DNA of 64,000 nt from a candidate division WOR-3 bacterium. Its GTDB lineage: Bacteria; Hydrothermota; Hydrothermia; Hydrothermales; JAJRUZ01. The DNA is taken from positions 17,168 to 81,167 of the forward strand of contig JBDRZL010000004.1 of assembly GCA_039803925.1 (NCBI GenBank), written 5' to 3'. Positions 1 through 10,159 of this stretch are shown one piece after another. The notes under the pieces are model-generated. The model saw nothing but the letters and a program-made list of their open reading frames with translations, did no database searches and was not told where the DNA came from. Both the position numbers and the translations under genes were made by a program. How positions within the stretch are numbered: position 1 is the first letter of the stretch; the number at the start of each line of letters is the position of its first letter.

Positions 1-275
1 CCTGTGAAATCCTGTAAAATAACTCTTGCAGGATAAAAAGGTATTTCTATTTTTTCCCTTATTTTCCCGTCCCAGTTTTTGAAAATCTCTAATAATTTAT
101 CTAAATTGTTATCTTTTTCATAATTTCTAAGTATGTTTTCAAGGAGTATTCTGATAGAAAATGGGAGTTTCTGGATATCTATTCCAAATTTTTTTGATGC
201 TTTTTTAAGAGAAAAAATGTAATATTTTTTAGAATTTATATTTATTTCCTTTAAAATTTCTTTTATACCTTTCAT
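1..275 (-). CDS. acnA: Aconitate hydratase (aconitase A family), N-terminal fragment running off the window edge
   Basis: Reverse-strand translation from ATG (275-273) gives MKGIKEILKEINI...KLPFSIRILLENILRNYEKDN...EIPFYPARVILQDFTG. This matches the conserved aconitase N-terminal signature (LPxSxxxLLENxLR ... PARVxLQDFTG). It is absent from the ORF track because there is no stop inside the window. Confidence 0.75.
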   Translation of the reverse strand, partial: MKGIKEILKEININSKKYYIFSLKKASKKFGIDIQKLPFSIRILLENILRNYEKDNNLDKLLEIFKNWDGKIREKIEIPFYPARVILQDFT

Positions 276-332
276 AATTTTATTTTATGATAACACTTGA
301 ATAATTTAAAAGTAAGAGTTATAATTAAGAAC

Positions 333-1019
333 ATGAAAATAAAAAAGAAGAAAAAACTGACAAAAAAGGAATTAAAAAAGGACCCCTTTATAGAATTTGT
401 TAATAATATTTATGAAAAGCTTAAAGAAAAGCCGAGGGAGTATATTGGTTCTATTTTGTTAATAATAGCAGTAATCTTTTTAATTTTTATATTAAGAACA
501 GGAGAGGTAGGGGATTTTCCAATGGCAAGGCAGATGTGGTTTCAGGCAGTATCCCTTATGCAAGCACAAAGAATTAATGAAGCAATTCAGGTTTTTCAGG
601 ATATTTCAATAAGATTTCCTGATTCACCTGAAGGTAAAAAGGCGATCTTTTATCTTGCTAATTTTGCCTTTTTACAGGGTGATTATATAACTGCAAAAGC
701 AAGATATGAAAGTTATCTTTCAAAAAAACAAAGTGATCCACTTCTTGAGGCATCAGCAAATGAGGCTCTTAGTATTATAGATTTTAATATGGGTAATATT
801 GAAGGAGGTAAAAAAAGATTAAAAGAGGCTATAAGAAAAACCCCTTATAAAACCTTTAAGAGTTACTTTGCTTATAGATTTGTTAAATTGCTTATTAATA
901 AGGAATTATATAAGGAAGCCTATGAAATTCTTAATGAATATAAGGATGAAATTTCTCAAGAATTTAAAGCTGACTTTGTTAGATTTGAAAGTTTTCTTAA
1001 AGGTGTTCTAGAATTGTAA
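333..1019 (+). CDS. Membrane-anchored TPR-like protein (YfgM-like topology)
   Basis: Lys-rich N-terminus, one TM helix (IGSILLIIAVIFLIFIL), then helical repeats with a TPR-like pattern (AIFYLANFAFLQGDYITAKARYESYL). I prefer the ATG at 333 over the track's TTG at 297. TATAAT (320-325) lies 7 nt upstream of that ATG. Confidence 0.6.
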   Translation: MKIKKKKKLTKKELKKDPFIEFVNNIYEKLKEKPREYIGSILLIIAVIFLIFILRTGEVGDFPMARQMWFQAVSLMQAQRINEAIQVFQDISIRFPDSPEGKKAIFYLANFAFLQGDYITAKARYESYLSKKQSDPLLEASANEALSIIDFNMGNIEGGKKRLKEAIRKTPYKTFKSYFAYRFVKLLINKELYKEAYEILNEYKDEISQEFKADFVRFESFLKGVLEL

Positions 1020-1030
1020 TTTAGGATGCC

Positions 1031-1408
1031 ATGAATGAAAATACAGAATTAAAGGAAATGAAAAAAAATATCGGAAATGAAAGACATATTTATGCTTCCT
1101 TTTCTTATATACCATTTTTAAATTTTATTCCACTTTTTGATAGTGAGGCAGGTGATTTTGTTCATTTTCACGCAAAGCAAGGGTTTTTAATTTTTGTTAT
1201 TGAATTTATAGGGCTTTTATTCTTTTTTGCCCTTTATCTTCTTGTTGGCTCAATTCCTGTAGTTCGTTATATTTTTATCAATTTCTTTTTTGCCTTTTAT
1301 ATACTTTGTGTAGCTGTTTTGATCATTATAGGAATTTATGGTGCTTTAACCGGAAAAAAACTTCAAATTCCCTTTATAGGAGAATTTGTAAATAAATTAA
1401 ACCTTTAA
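1031..1408 (+). CDS. Small integral membrane protein, DUF4870-like
   Basis: 125 aa with 3 predicted TM segments and the motif SYIPFLNFIPLF...HFHAKQGFLIF, which I associate with the DUF4870/Tic20-like small membrane protein family. Confidence 0.55.
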   Translation: MNENTELKEMKKNIGNERHIYASFSYIPFLNFIPLFDSEAGDFVHFHAKQGFLIFVIEFIGLLFFFALYLLVGSIPVVRYIFINFFFAFYILCVAVLIIIGIYGALTGKKLQIPFIGEFVNKLNL

Positions 1409-1421
1409 AAGGAGGTAAATT

Positions 1422-3893
1422 TTGTTAGGAGAATCTTATTTTGATAAGTTTACACAGAGGGCAAAAAAAGCTTTCCAGATTGCAAAGGATGAAGCTATAA
1501 GATTATCCCATTCTGAAGTAGGAACAGAACATTTATTACTTGCCCTGACCCGTATGACAGATTCAGTAGCAGCCATGGTTCTTTCAAACCTTGGTGTTGA
1601 TTTTGACCTTTTGAGAGAAAGAATTGAAACAGCACATCCTCCTGGAAATTATGTGACTCCAATGCAGGATCTACCTATGAGTGCAAGTTTGAGAAGAGTT
1701 ATTCAATACGCAGCTGAAGAAGCAAGAAAACTTGGACACACCCATATTGGTTCAGAACATTTACTTATAGGTATAATGAGAGAAAAAAGAGGTTTGGGGG
1801 CGAAAATACTTTCCCAATTTGGTCTTGATTTTGATCTTGTTGTTGAAGAGACTTTAAGGCTTTTATCCAGTCTTGAAGAACCGCAACCTGAACAGAAAAT
1901 GAGCCAATCTATGGGATTTAAGAAAACAAAACTTATTGAACAATTTGCCACTGATCTTACTTTACTTGCAAAACAGAATAAACTTGACCCTGTTATCGGA
2001 AGGGAAGTGGAGATAGAAAGGGTTATGCAGATACTTTCACGAAGAAAGAAAAATAATCCTGTTCTTATAGGAGAACCAGGTGTTGGTAAAACAGCTATTG
2101 TTGAAGGTCTTGCACAGAAGATAGTTAAAGGTGAAGTGCCTGATTCTTTAAAGGATAAAAGAATTTTGGCTCTTGATCTTGCTGCAATTGTTGCTGGAAC
2201 TAAATACAGAGGACAATTTGAAGAGAGATTAAAGGCTATTTTGAGTGAAGTAATTATGAGTAAAAACATAATTTTATTTATAGATGAGCTTCACACCCTT
2301 GTTGGTGCAGGAGCAGCTGAAGGTGCTATTGATGCATCAAATATTTTAAAACCAGCTCTTGCAAGAGGTGAAATTCAGTGTATCGGTGCTACCACAATGG
2401 AAGAATACAGGAAATATATAGAAAAAGATGGAGCACTTGAAAGAAGATTTCAGCCAATTATAGTTGATCCGCCAACTGTTGATGAAACTATAGAAATTTT
2501 GAAGGGGCTGAAGGAAAAGTATGAAAACTATCACGGAGTTATATATACCGATGAAGCAATTGATGCAGCTGCAAGGTATGCTGATAGGTACATATCTGAC
2601 AGATATTTGCCGGATAAGGCTATTGATGTTATCGATGAAGCAGGAGCAAGGGTTAAACTTATGTCAGGATTTCAAGACGAAGTTATTGAAAGGTATAAGA
2701 AAGAAATAGAAAAATTAAAGGAGGAGAAAAATAGAGCTGTTATGGAACAGATGTATGAAAGAGCTGCAAGAATAAGGGATGAAATAATGAGATTAACCCA
2801 ACTTATTGAAAGCAGAAAAGAGGAACTCAAGTTAAAAAGAGAAAGACCCAAAGTAACAGAAGATGACATAGCTTATGTTGTTTCAAGGTGGACTGGTATA
2901 CCACTTACAAGGATAGAAGAGGAAGAACAAATGAGGCTTTTAAGGATGGAGGAAGAACTTAGAAAGAAAGTAATCGGTCAGGATGCAGCAATTGAGCTTA
3001 TTTCAAGAGCAATTAGAAGATCAAGAGCAGGTATTAAAGATCCAAGGAGACCTATTGGTTCCTTCATTTTCCTTGGTCCTACAGGAGTTGGTAAAACACA
3101 TCTTGCAAAAATTCTGGCTGAGTTTTTATTTGGTGATGAAAATGCCTTAATAAGAATTGATATGTCAGAGTATATGGAAAAATTTAATGTTTCAAAACTC
3201 ATAGGGGCTCCACCTGGTTATGTGGGTTATGAAGAGGGTGGTCAGCTAACCGAAAGAGTTAGAAGGAAGCCTTACTCTGTTGTTCTTTTTGACGAATTTG
3301 AAAAGGCTCATCCAGATGTTTTCAATATTCTTTTACAGATACTTGAAGATGGTGTTCTTACAGATAGTTTTGGTAGAAAGGTTAATTTTAAAAACACGGT
3401 TATAATTTTAACAAGTAATATAGGTACAAAATTTTTAAAATCCCATCATGGGCTCGGTTTCCACAAGGGCGAAGAAGGCGAATATGATTTTGAAGCAATG
3501 AAGAACTTTTTGATGGCAGAAGTAAAAGAACTCTTACCACCTGAATTTTTGAACAGAATTGATGAAATAATAGTTTTCAAACCTCTTACAAAAGAAGAGT
3601 CAATTAAAATTTCTGAAATTTTGTTAAATGAACTTGCTCAAAGAGTGTTTTCTGATAGAAAGATAAAAGTTGTGTTTACAGAAAAAGCCATTCAATTCAT
3701 AACAGAGAAGGGTTTCGATCCTGATTTTGGTGCAAGACCCTTAAAAAGAGTCATAAGAACTCATATTGAAGATCCACTTTCAGAAGAAATTTTAAAGGGA
3801 GTTTTTGAAGAGGGAGATGAAGTAGAAGTTGATGTTAAGGATGAAAAGATAGTTTTTAGAAAACTTGAAGGAGCGCATGTAGAAAAAAGTTAA
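1422..3893 (+). CDS. clpC: ATP-dependent Clp protease ATP-binding subunit ClpC
   Basis: Duplicated Clp_N repeats, two AAA+ modules ([15 protein letters not shown]; [15 protein letters not shown]) and a UVR-like linker ([15 protein letters not shown]). TTG start preceded by AAGGAGG. Confidence 0.93.
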   Translation: MLGESYFDKFTQRAKKAFQIAKDEAIRLSHSEVGTEHLLLALTRMTDSVAAMVLSNLGVDFDLLRERIETAHPPGNYVTPMQDLPMSASLRRVIQYAAEEARKLGHTHIGSEHLLIGIMREKRGLGAKILSQFGLDFDLVVEETLRLLSSLEEPQPEQKMSQSMGFKKTKLIEQFATDLTLLAKQNKLDPVIGREVEIERVMQILSRRKKNNPVLIGEPGVGKTAIVEGLAQKIVKGEVPDSLKDKRILALDLAAIVAGTKYRGQFEERLKAILSEVIMSKNIILFIDELHTLVGAGAAEGAIDASNILKPALARGEIQCIGATTMEEYRKYIEKDGALERRFQPIIVDPPTVDETIEILKGLKEKYENYHGVIYTDEAIDAAARYADRYISDRYLPDKAIDVIDEAGARVKLMSGFQDEVIERYKKEIEKLKEEKNRAVMEQMYERAARIRDEIMRLTQLIESRKEELKLKRERPKVTEDDIAYVVSRWTGIPLTRIEEEEQMRLLRMEEELRKKVIGQDAAIELISRAIRRSRAGIKDPRRPIGSFIFLGPTGVGKTHLAKILAEFLFGDENALIRIDMSEYMEKFNVSKLIGAPPGYVGYEEGGQLTERVRRKPYSVVLFDEFEKAHPDVFNILLQILEDGVLTDSFGRKVNFKNTVIILTSNIGTKFLKSHHGLGFHKGEEGEYDFEAMKNFLMAEVKELLPPEFLNRIDEIIVFKPLTKEESIKISEILLNELAQRVFSDRKIKVVFTEKAIQFITEKGFDPDFGARPLKRVIRTHIEDPLSEEILKGVFEEGDEVEVDVKDEKIVFRKLEGAHVEKS

Positions 3894-3916
3894 AATTAAA
3901 TATTAATTAAATTTAT

Positions 3917-6190
3917 ATGAAATTTTTTCTTTTTTTGTTACTTATAACACGAGAAGAAGTTATTTCTGATATTAAAGTTGAAGGTAATGTAAATGTTTCC
4001 TCAGAATTTATAATTAGTTCCTCAGGGCTTAAAAAGGGTAACCTTTTAAAAGAAGAGGATATTAAAAGTGCTATAAAAAATCTTTATAATACAAAGAATT
4101 TTAAAAAGGTTTTTATTGAACTTTTAAAGGGAGAAAAAGAAAAGGAGATAGAAGTTTTAATAAAAGTTGAGGAAAATCCGAGGGTTTCGGGTATTAAAAT
4201 TGAAGGAACAAGAAAGGTTAAGGAAAGTGAGATAGTAGAAAAGATAGGACTTACGAAGAATACACCTTTAACAGGTAGTGACCTTAAGGAGTATGAAAAT
4301 AAGATAATTTCATTATACAGGGAAAAGGGATTTTCAGGAACAAGAGTGGAAACAGAAATTATAGAAACTGAAAGACCACTTTTTGTTGATGTTTTATTTA
4401 AAATACATGAAGGAGAAAAAGCAAGGATAAAGGAAATTGATATTGTGGGTAATAAGAGTTTTGATGATAAAAAACTTGAGATTCTTTTAAGAAACAGGGA
4501 AAAGACTTGGTATAGGAAGGCTGTATTCAGGGAAGAATACTTTGAAGAAGACCTTTCCAAAATAGAGGAATTTTACAAAAATAAAGGATTTCTTGATGCA
4601 AAGGTTGACTCCTATAAAATTAATCCTGAGGGTTTATGGCTTTTCATAAAAATTTTTGTTACAGAGGGTAAAAAATATTATTTTGGAAAACACAGTTTTG
4701 AAGGTAATAAATTCTTTGATGATAAAACTCTTTCAAAAAAACTTAAATTAAAAAGGGGAAGTGTTTTTTCCTTTAAAAAATTTATGGAATCTATTCAGGA
4801 AATTCAGGGCATATACGCAGATTCAGGCTTTTTACTCATTAAAGTAGTTCCAGAGGAGAAGAGAAAAAGTGAAGAAAAGGATACCATAGATGTTATTTTT
4901 CATATAAAAGAAGGACCTCCTTGTTTTGTTAGAAAAATAGAAATTGAAGGGAATGAGAGAACAAGGGAATATGTTATAAGAAGGGAACTTGATATTTTCC
5001 CAGGTGATAAATTCAACAGACAAAAGGTAATAAAAAGTTTAAGGGATCTTTATTTTTTGAATTTTTTTGAAAAGGTTGATTTCTCCTTTAAAATTCTTGA
5101 GGATTCTCAGCATGTGGATTTAATTTTTAAAGTAAAGGATAAACCAACAGGAACACTTCAGGCAGGTGGTTCCTGGTCACAAACTCAGAAGGGTTCCTTA
5201 CTTTTATCAGTTTCTGAAAATAACCTCTTTGGAAGAGGACAGCAGGTTTCATTATCCCTTGAACTTGGACCTTATAGACAAAATATAAGATTTGATTTTA
5301 CAGAGCCATGGATGTTTCAAAGACATTACCTATTTGGTTTTGATATTCACCACTACATTGATGTTTTCCCTTATGAGTATTCTATTCAGAGAACAGGTTT
5401 TTCATTATCATTTGCAAGACCCTATGATTTAAATGAATATATATGGGCAAGTTCAAGGTATGAGTTTGATAGAACTAAGGTATTTGATTTTTATACTAAT
5501 TACAATCCTCAGGGAATTTTTGATTTAAGGAAAGAAAAATGGCCAAAAATTGTTTCAAGAACAATAAATGCAATTTATTATGATTCAAGGGATAGAAAGT
5601 TTAATACAAGGAAAGGTTTAAGGTCAGAATACAGATTAACTTTATCCGGTGGAATATTCCTTGGAGATGAACACTTTCACAGGCATATCGTGAACATTTC
5701 CTATTATAAACCTTTTTTTAAAGAAAAATTTGTTCCTACCTTTAATCTTAAATTAGGTGTAATGTATCCATATACTAAATCAAAGCCAATTCCAGTTTAT
5801 GAGTATTTTAGACCAGGAGGCGTTGCCTTTACGGATTTTGTTATAAGGGGTTATGATGAAAGGTCTGTTGGTTATAGATCTCAAGGTGTTGTAATTGGGG
5901 GCCAGGCTGCTTATGCCTTTAATTTTGAACTGAGATTTGTTATTACAGAACAGCTTTATCTTAATCTGTTTTTTGATATGGGGAATGGATGGATTACTCC
6001 TTATTATATGGAAAAGGAATTTAAGAGATTTTTAGAGGGAAAATCAGTGAGATTAAAAAGGGGATTTGGAGTTGGAGTTAGAATGGAAATTCCCATGCTG
6101 GGAATAGTGGGTGTTGACCTTGGTTATGGACTTGATAAATTAGAGAAGGGTTTTATACCTCATTTTATTCTTGGCTTCCCCTTATGGTAA
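3917..6190 (+). CDS. bamA: Outer membrane protein assembly factor BamA (POTRA repeats + Omp85 barrel)
   Basis: Repeated POTRA-like segments (I..I.VEGN / IKEIDIVGNKSF / VRKIEIEGNERTREYVIRREL). C-terminal beta-barrel with alternating aromatic pattern ending ...HFILGFPLW. Followed by a skp-like gene, as in canonical bamA-skp loci. Confidence 0.9.
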   Translation: MKFFLFLLLITREEVISDIKVEGNVNVSSEFIISSSGLKKGNLLKEEDIKSAIKNLYNTKNFKKVFIELLKGEKEKEIEVLIKVEENPRVSGIKIEGTRKVKESEIVEKIGLTKNTPLTGSDLKEYENKIISLYREKGFSGTRVETEIIETERPLFVDVLFKIHEGEKARIKEIDIVGNKSFDDKKLEILLRNREKTWYRKAVFREEYFEEDLSKIEEFYKNKGFLDAKVDSYKINPEGLWLFIKIFVTEGKKYYFGKHSFEGNKFFDDKTLSKKLKLKRGSVFSFKKFMESIQEIQGIYADSGFLLIKVVPEEKRKSEEKDTIDVIFHIKEGPPCFVRKIEIEGNERTREYVIRRELDIFPGDKFNRQKVIKSLRDLYFLNFFEKVDFSFKILEDSQHVDLIFKVKDKPTGTLQAGGSWSQTQKGSLLLSVSENNLFGRGQQVSLSLELGPYRQNIRFDFTEPWMFQRHYLFGFDIHHYIDVFPYEYSIQRTGFSLSFARPYDLNEYIWASSRYEFDRTKVFDFYTNYNPQGIFDLRKEKWPKIVSRTINAIYYDSRDRKFNTRKGLRSEYRLTLSGGIFLGDEHFHRHIVNISYYKPFFKEKFVPTFNLKLGVMYPYTKSKPIPVYEYFRPGGVAFTDFVIRGYDERSVGYRSQGVVIGGQAAYAFNFELRFVITEQLYLNLFFDMGNGWITPYYMEKEFKRFLEGKSVRLKRGFGVGVRMEIPMLGIVGVDLGYGLDKLEKGFIPHFILGFPLW

Positions 6191-7140
6191 AAAATTTTTT
6201 TTTATTTGTTTTTTTCCCTGTTTTTCTTTTTGCTCTTGAAACAAAAATAGGCATAGTTGATTTAAAAAGAATAACTGAAAACTACGAAGGAATGAAGGAA
6301 GCAAAAGGTGATATTGAAAGACTTGTAAAGGAATGGGAAGGTGAATTGAATAAAAAAAGAGCAAAAATAGATTCTTTGCAGAGGCTATATGAAGGCGAAA
6401 AACCAGGACTTTCTCCTGAAGCAAGGTTAAAAAGAGAAAAGGATTTAGAAAATTTAAAAAGAGAATATCAGAATTTTATAAAGGAAATCTGGGGAAAAGA
6501 TGGAAGATTAGAGCAGAAGACAAAAGAAAGAATACAGCCCATAACAGAAAAAATTAGAAAGGTTATTAAAGAAATAGCACAAGAGGAAAATGTTGATATT
6601 ATTTTTGATTCTTCAAAGGATGATATTCTCTACGCAAAGGATGTTATAGATTTAACAGATAGGGTTCTTGAAAGGTTAAATATGGAATATAAGGGTAAAG
6701 AGATAGCAGAAACAGGGATAATAAGGAGATTGAGACTTTCTATTTTCCCCTTTAAACTTTCTGGAGAACTGGTAGGTTCTATTTATCCAAATATTTTTAT
6801 GAATGAACTTGAAAAGGGTATTAGAAAATCACCTAAATTTGATGTTACAGGAAGTGATGTTTCTGAGAATAGTATAAAGTCCGTAGGTTACGATAGAAAC
6901 ACTTTACCTGAAGCACAGATTCCTTTTGTAATAACACAACTTGGAGTTGATTATGCTTTATATGGAGAATTGAAGAAAAAGGGAGGTGATGTAATTGAAG
7001 TTAATTTTTACATTTATAACATTAAGGGAGAAAAGGTTTTTGAAAATACATTAACTTTCAAGGAAACTGAGGAAAAAATTAAAGAAGGAGCTTACTCAGT
7101 AGCACAGAGTGTTATTAATTATTTTTCTGAAGGTAAGTAG
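6184..7140 (+). CDS. Skp/OmpH-like periplasmic chaperone fused to a C-terminal LpoB/TolB-N-like domain
   Basis: Signal peptide followed by an OmpH-type coiled coil (IGIVDLKRITENYEGMKEAKGDIERLVKEWEGELNKKRAKIDSL...). An extra ~140 aa follows (RRLRLSIFPFKLSGEL...VDYALYGELKKKGGDVIEVNFYIYNIKGEKVF). Its start overlaps the bamA stop (ATG inside ttATGGtaa). Confidence 0.75.
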   Translation: MVKNFFLFVFFPVFLFALETKIGIVDLKRITENYEGMKEAKGDIERLVKEWEGELNKKRAKIDSLQRLYEGEKPGLSPEARLKREKDLENLKREYQNFIKEIWGKDGRLEQKTKERIQPITEKIRKVIKEIAQEENVDIIFDSSKDDILYAKDVIDLTDRVLERLNMEYKGKEIAETGIIRRLRLSIFPFKLSGELVGSIYPNIFMNELEKGIRKSPKFDVTGSDVSENSIKSVGYDRNTLPEAQIPFVITQLGVDYALYGELKKKGGDVIEVNFYIYNIKGEKVFENTLTFKETEEKIKEGAYSVAQSVINYFSEGK

Positions 7141-8374
7141 AGTTTATTTCCTTTTCAAGGATTTCAAAAGGATTTTGTGATAGAATTTCTTCCCCTTTTA
7201 TCATATTTTTTAAACGATAGGTATTTTTTCTTAATTCCTCTTCTCCAATAATAAGTACCCACTTTGCCTTTTTCTTATCTGCTTTTCTTAACTGGGATTT
7301 TAAACTCTTTGTATCCCATTCCATATCAGAATAAATTCCCTTTTCCCTTAATTTTCTAACCCATTTTATTGCTTCTTCTTTTTCCTTTTCAGAAACATAA
7401 ATAACATAAATAAGATTTTTTTCTTTTTTTTCATAATTTTCCATTGCAATCATTAATCTTTCAACACCAAAAGCAAAACCAATACCAGGTGTATCTATTC
7501 CTCCTATTATTTTCATTAAATAATCATATCTTCCCCCACCTCCAAGAGCATCCTGGGCTCCTAATTTTTTAGAAATAATTTCAAAAGCTGTTTTTGTATA
7601 GTAGTCAAGACCTCTAACAATAAATGGATTTTCTATGAAATTGAAATTTTCTTTTAAAAGTAAATTTAAAAGTTTTTCATGGTGATTTAAACATTCATTG
7701 CATAAAAATTTTTTTAAAGGCTTTAAAAATTTTATTTTTTCCCTATCTATTTTACAATCTAATATTCTAAAAGGATTTCTCTCATATCTTTGCTGACAGT
7801 TTGAACAGAAATTCTTTATTTTTTCTTTTAATTCTTCTTTTAAATATTCTGAATATTTTTTTCTATCTTCCAGACAGCCAACAGAATTTATTTCAAATAC
7901 ATAATCCTTAATATTTATTTCCTTTAAAATATCTTCAGCAAGAATTAAAATTTCAAGGTCAATGTAAGGTTCTTTATAACCTACAGCTTCAGCACCCAGT
8001 TGATAAAATTCCCTGTATCTTCCCTTTTGGGGCTTTTCGTATCTGAACATATTTAGAAAGTAAGAAAATTTTGAAGGGAGTTCTATATTTTCTTCAACAA
8101 TTGCTCTTAAAACAGGAGGTGTTCCCTCAGGTCTTAAGGCAAGTTTTCTTCCTTTTAAATCTTCAAAAACATACATTTCTTTTTCTACAATATCAGTTGT
8201 TTCACCTGTTGATTTTTCAAAGAGTTCTTTAACTTCAAAAGTTGGCGTTATTATGAAGTTATATCCGTAAAGTTCACAAACTTTCTTTGATTTTTCAAAG
8301 ATAAAGATGAATTTATCAAATTCTTCTCCATATATATCTCTTGTTCCACGAATTCTTTGATATTTTTTTTCCAT
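7115..8374 (-). CDS. hisS: Histidine--tRNA ligase
   Basis: RGTRDIYGEEF, LRPEGT, class II motifs (FRYEKPQKGRYREFYQLG; GGGGRYD) and a C-terminal anticodon-binding domain. Confidence 0.95.
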   Translation of the reverse strand: MEKKYQRIRGTRDIYGEEFDKFIFIFEKSKKVCELYGYNFIITPTFEVKELFEKSTGETTDIVEKEMYVFEDLKGRKLALRPEGTPPVLRAIVEENIELPSKFSYFLNMFRYEKPQKGRYREFYQLGAEAVGYKEPYIDLEILILAEDILKEINIKDYVFEINSVGCLEDRKKYSEYLKEELKEKIKNFCSNCQQRYERNPFRILDCKIDREKIKFLKPLKKFLCNECLNHHEKLLNLLLKENFNFIENPFIVRGLDYYTKTAFEIISKKLGAQDALGGGGRYDYLMKIIGGIDTPGIGFAFGVERLMIAMENYEKKEKNLIYVIYVSEKEKEEAIKWVRKLREKGIYSDMEWDTKSLKSQLRKADKKKAKWVLIIGEEELRKNTYRLKNMIKGEEILSQNPFEILEKEINSTYLQKNN

Positions 8375-8394
8375 TTAAATTAAAATTTTATAAT

Positions 8395-8411
8395 AAAGGT
8401 TCAAGCCCTTT
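8395..8411 (+). promoter_or_regulatory. T-arm-like mini-hairpin AAAGG-TTCAAGC-CCTTT in the hisS / surA-like divergent intergenic region
   Basis: TATAAT (8389-8394) is immediately followed by aaaggTTCAAGCccttt, 21 nt before the GTG of the 8432 gene. Confidence 0.5.
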
Positions 8412-8431
8412 CTATTTTAAAAGGAGAACCT

Positions 8432-9271
8432 GTGAAAAATTATTTTATATTATTAATAATGGCTCTTCCTTTTATTTTGTCCTGTAAAAAGAAAGAGGAA
8501 AAAAAGTTGACTGGAACCCCGATAGCAAAGGTCGGTAATGTTTATATTACTCAGGATGATCTTGAAAAGGGTTTGCCTCAATTTGCTTACCAGTTAATGG
8601 GAGAGGAACAGAGAAAAGAATTTTTTAATTATGTTATTGACCTTGTTATTTTTTCTCTTGCAGCTGAAAAGGATGGGATAGATAAAGAGCCTTTGATGAA
8701 AGAAAGATTGTTGTGGGCAAGAAGAATGGTTTTATCAGATGAGTATTTCAGGAGAAAAACTCAAAATATAATTATTAGGGAGTCAAAAGTTGATTCCTTT
8801 TACAAAAGTTTTGAAAATGACTTTTTAAAGGAAATAGAGTTTGTTTATTTCTTTGTGAATACATTGAGAGATGCTGAGAATATAAGGAACATATTAATGC
8901 AGGGTGTTTTAACTCCTAAACTGATTGAAGAAATTACAGCAAAATATAATGCAATTGGTGATATTACCAGTGTAAATGCAGGATATTTACATCTTGAAAC
9001 AGCTCTTCCTTTTCCAAAAGAAATAGCACAGGCTCTTTTAAACCTCCCGAAAGGACAAGTTTCTGATGTTATTTCTGTTCAGAATCCACCTGGGTTTGCT
9101 ATTGTTAAAATATTGAGCACTTCGCCCACTAAACTTTCAAAAAACGATATTTTGAGCGATATAAGGCAGTATATCCAGTTAACAAAAATTATAAAGGTTA
9201 AAGATTCTTTGCGAGAGGAGCTGAAGAAAACTTTCCCTGTTGAAATTTATACAAGAGGGGGTACAAAATAG
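8432..9271 (+). CDS. SurA/PpiD-like periplasmic chaperone or parvulin-type PPIase lipoprotein
   Basis: Lipoprotein-type signal ([11 protein letters not shown]), a SurA_N-like helical region, and a C-terminal parvulin-like stretch ([21 protein letters not shown]). GTG start preceded by AAGGAG. Confidence 0.6.
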   Translation: MKNYFILLIMALPFILSCKKKEEKKLTGTPIAKVGNVYITQDDLEKGLPQFAYQLMGEEQRKEFFNYVIDLVIFSLAAEKDGIDKEPLMKERLLWARRMVLSDEYFRRKTQNIIIRESKVDSFYKSFENDFLKEIEFVYFFVNTLRDAENIRNILMQGVLTPKLIEEITAKYNAIGDITSVNAGYLHLETALPFPKEIAQALLNLPKGQVSDVISVQNPPGFAIVKILSTSPTKLSKNDILSDIRQYIQLTKIIKVKDSLREELKKTFPVEIYTRGGTK

Positions 9272-9305
9272 GTTCAATTCCTTTATAAAAATTAACAAAA
9301 AATTT

Positions 9306-10154
9306 ATGAAAGTTGGAATCTGTGGTGCAGGAACAATGGGAAATGGTATAGCCCATGTTTTTGCTTTAGAAGGGTTTGATGTTATTTTACAGGATATTTC
9401 AATGGAGATTGTTGATAGGGCAGTAAATACAATTTCATCCAATATGGATAGGCAAATTAAAAAGGGTATAATTGATGAGAGAAAAAAGAAGGAAGCTCTT
9501 TCAAGGATAAAAAAAACAGTTTCCCTTGATGATCTTTCTGATTGTGACCTTATAGTTGAAGCAGTTTTTGAGGATGTAGAAGTTAAAAAAGAACTTTTCA
9601 GGAAATTAGATAAAATTGTTAAAAAAGATGCAATTTTTACTTCTAACACTTCATCAATATCAATAACTCTTCTTGCCTCTCAAACTGAAAGACAGGAGAG
9701 ATTTTTAGGTATGCATTTTTTTAATCCTGTCCCAGTTATGAAACTTGTTGAAATAGTTAAGGGAATAAGAACAAGTAATGATACAATAAATTTTGTTTTT
9801 GAACTTGCGAAAAAAATTGGAAAAGAACCTGTTATTGTGAATGATTATCCTGGATTTGTTTCAAATAGGATTTTAATGCCTATGATAAATGAGGCAATTT
9901 ATGCTTTAATGGAAGGTGTTGCTTCAAAGGAGGAAATAGATAAAGTTATGAAACTTGGTATGAATCATCCAATGGGACCCCTTGAACTTGCAGATTTTAT
10001 AGGGCTTGATGTTTGTCTAAATATATTGGAGGTTTTATACAGGGATTTAGGAGACCCTAAGTATAGACCCTGTCCCCTTTTAAGAAAAATGGTAGAAGCA
10101 AATTTACTTGGAAGAAAAACTTTAAAGGGTTTTTATGATTATACAAAGGGGTAA
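9306..10154 (+). CDS. hbd: 3-hydroxybutyryl-CoA (3-hydroxyacyl-CoA) dehydrogenase
   Basis: Rossmann motif at the N-terminus when started at ATG 9306 ([20 protein letters not shown]). 3HCDH signatures follow ([47 protein letters not shown]). The track start at 9240 overlaps the previous gene and adds non-homologous residues. Confidence 0.88.
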   Translation: MKVGICGAGTMGNGIAHVFALEGFDVILQDISMEIVDRAVNTISSNMDRQIKKGIIDERKKKEALSRIKKTVSLDDLSDCDLIVEAVFEDVEVKKELFRKLDKIVKKDAIFTSNTSSISITLLASQTERQERFLGMHFFNPVPVMKLVEIVKGIRTSNDTINFVFELAKKIGKEPVIVNDYPGFVSNRILMPMINEAIYALMEGVASKEEIDKVMKLGMNHPMGPLELADFIGLDVCLNILEVLYRDLGDPKYRPCPLLRKMVEANLLGRKTLKGFYDYTKG

Positions 10155-10159
10155 ATTTA

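Noticed and set aside
1703-2269. Long antisense ORFs inside well-supported genes. Examples: 1703-2269, 2978-3202, 4084-4560, 9179-9649, 14428-14676, 26588-26893, 27038-27364, 44629-44916, 56320-56625, 57472-57837.
   Set aside because: They lie entirely within, and opposite to, genes with strong family motifs. Their translations are low-complexity F/L/S/I-rich mirrors of K/E-rich coding sequence, with no motifs or plausible starts. They are shadow ORFs typical of AT-rich genomes.
7115-7140. 26-nt convergent overlap of the Skp-like gene and hisS.
   Set aside because: Both C-terminal tails are non-conserved. Convergent overlaps of this size occur in compact genomes, and there is no evidence of functional significance.
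9240-9305. Upstream start of hbd at 9240, and similar long-start options for ddl (28932), rplM (58314), the second M16 gene (38356) and the TPR gene (297).
   Set aside because: The extra residues precede conserved N-terminal motifs (for example the Rossmann GxGxxG right after Met at 9306). They overlap neighbouring genes or use TTG where a well-placed ATG exists.
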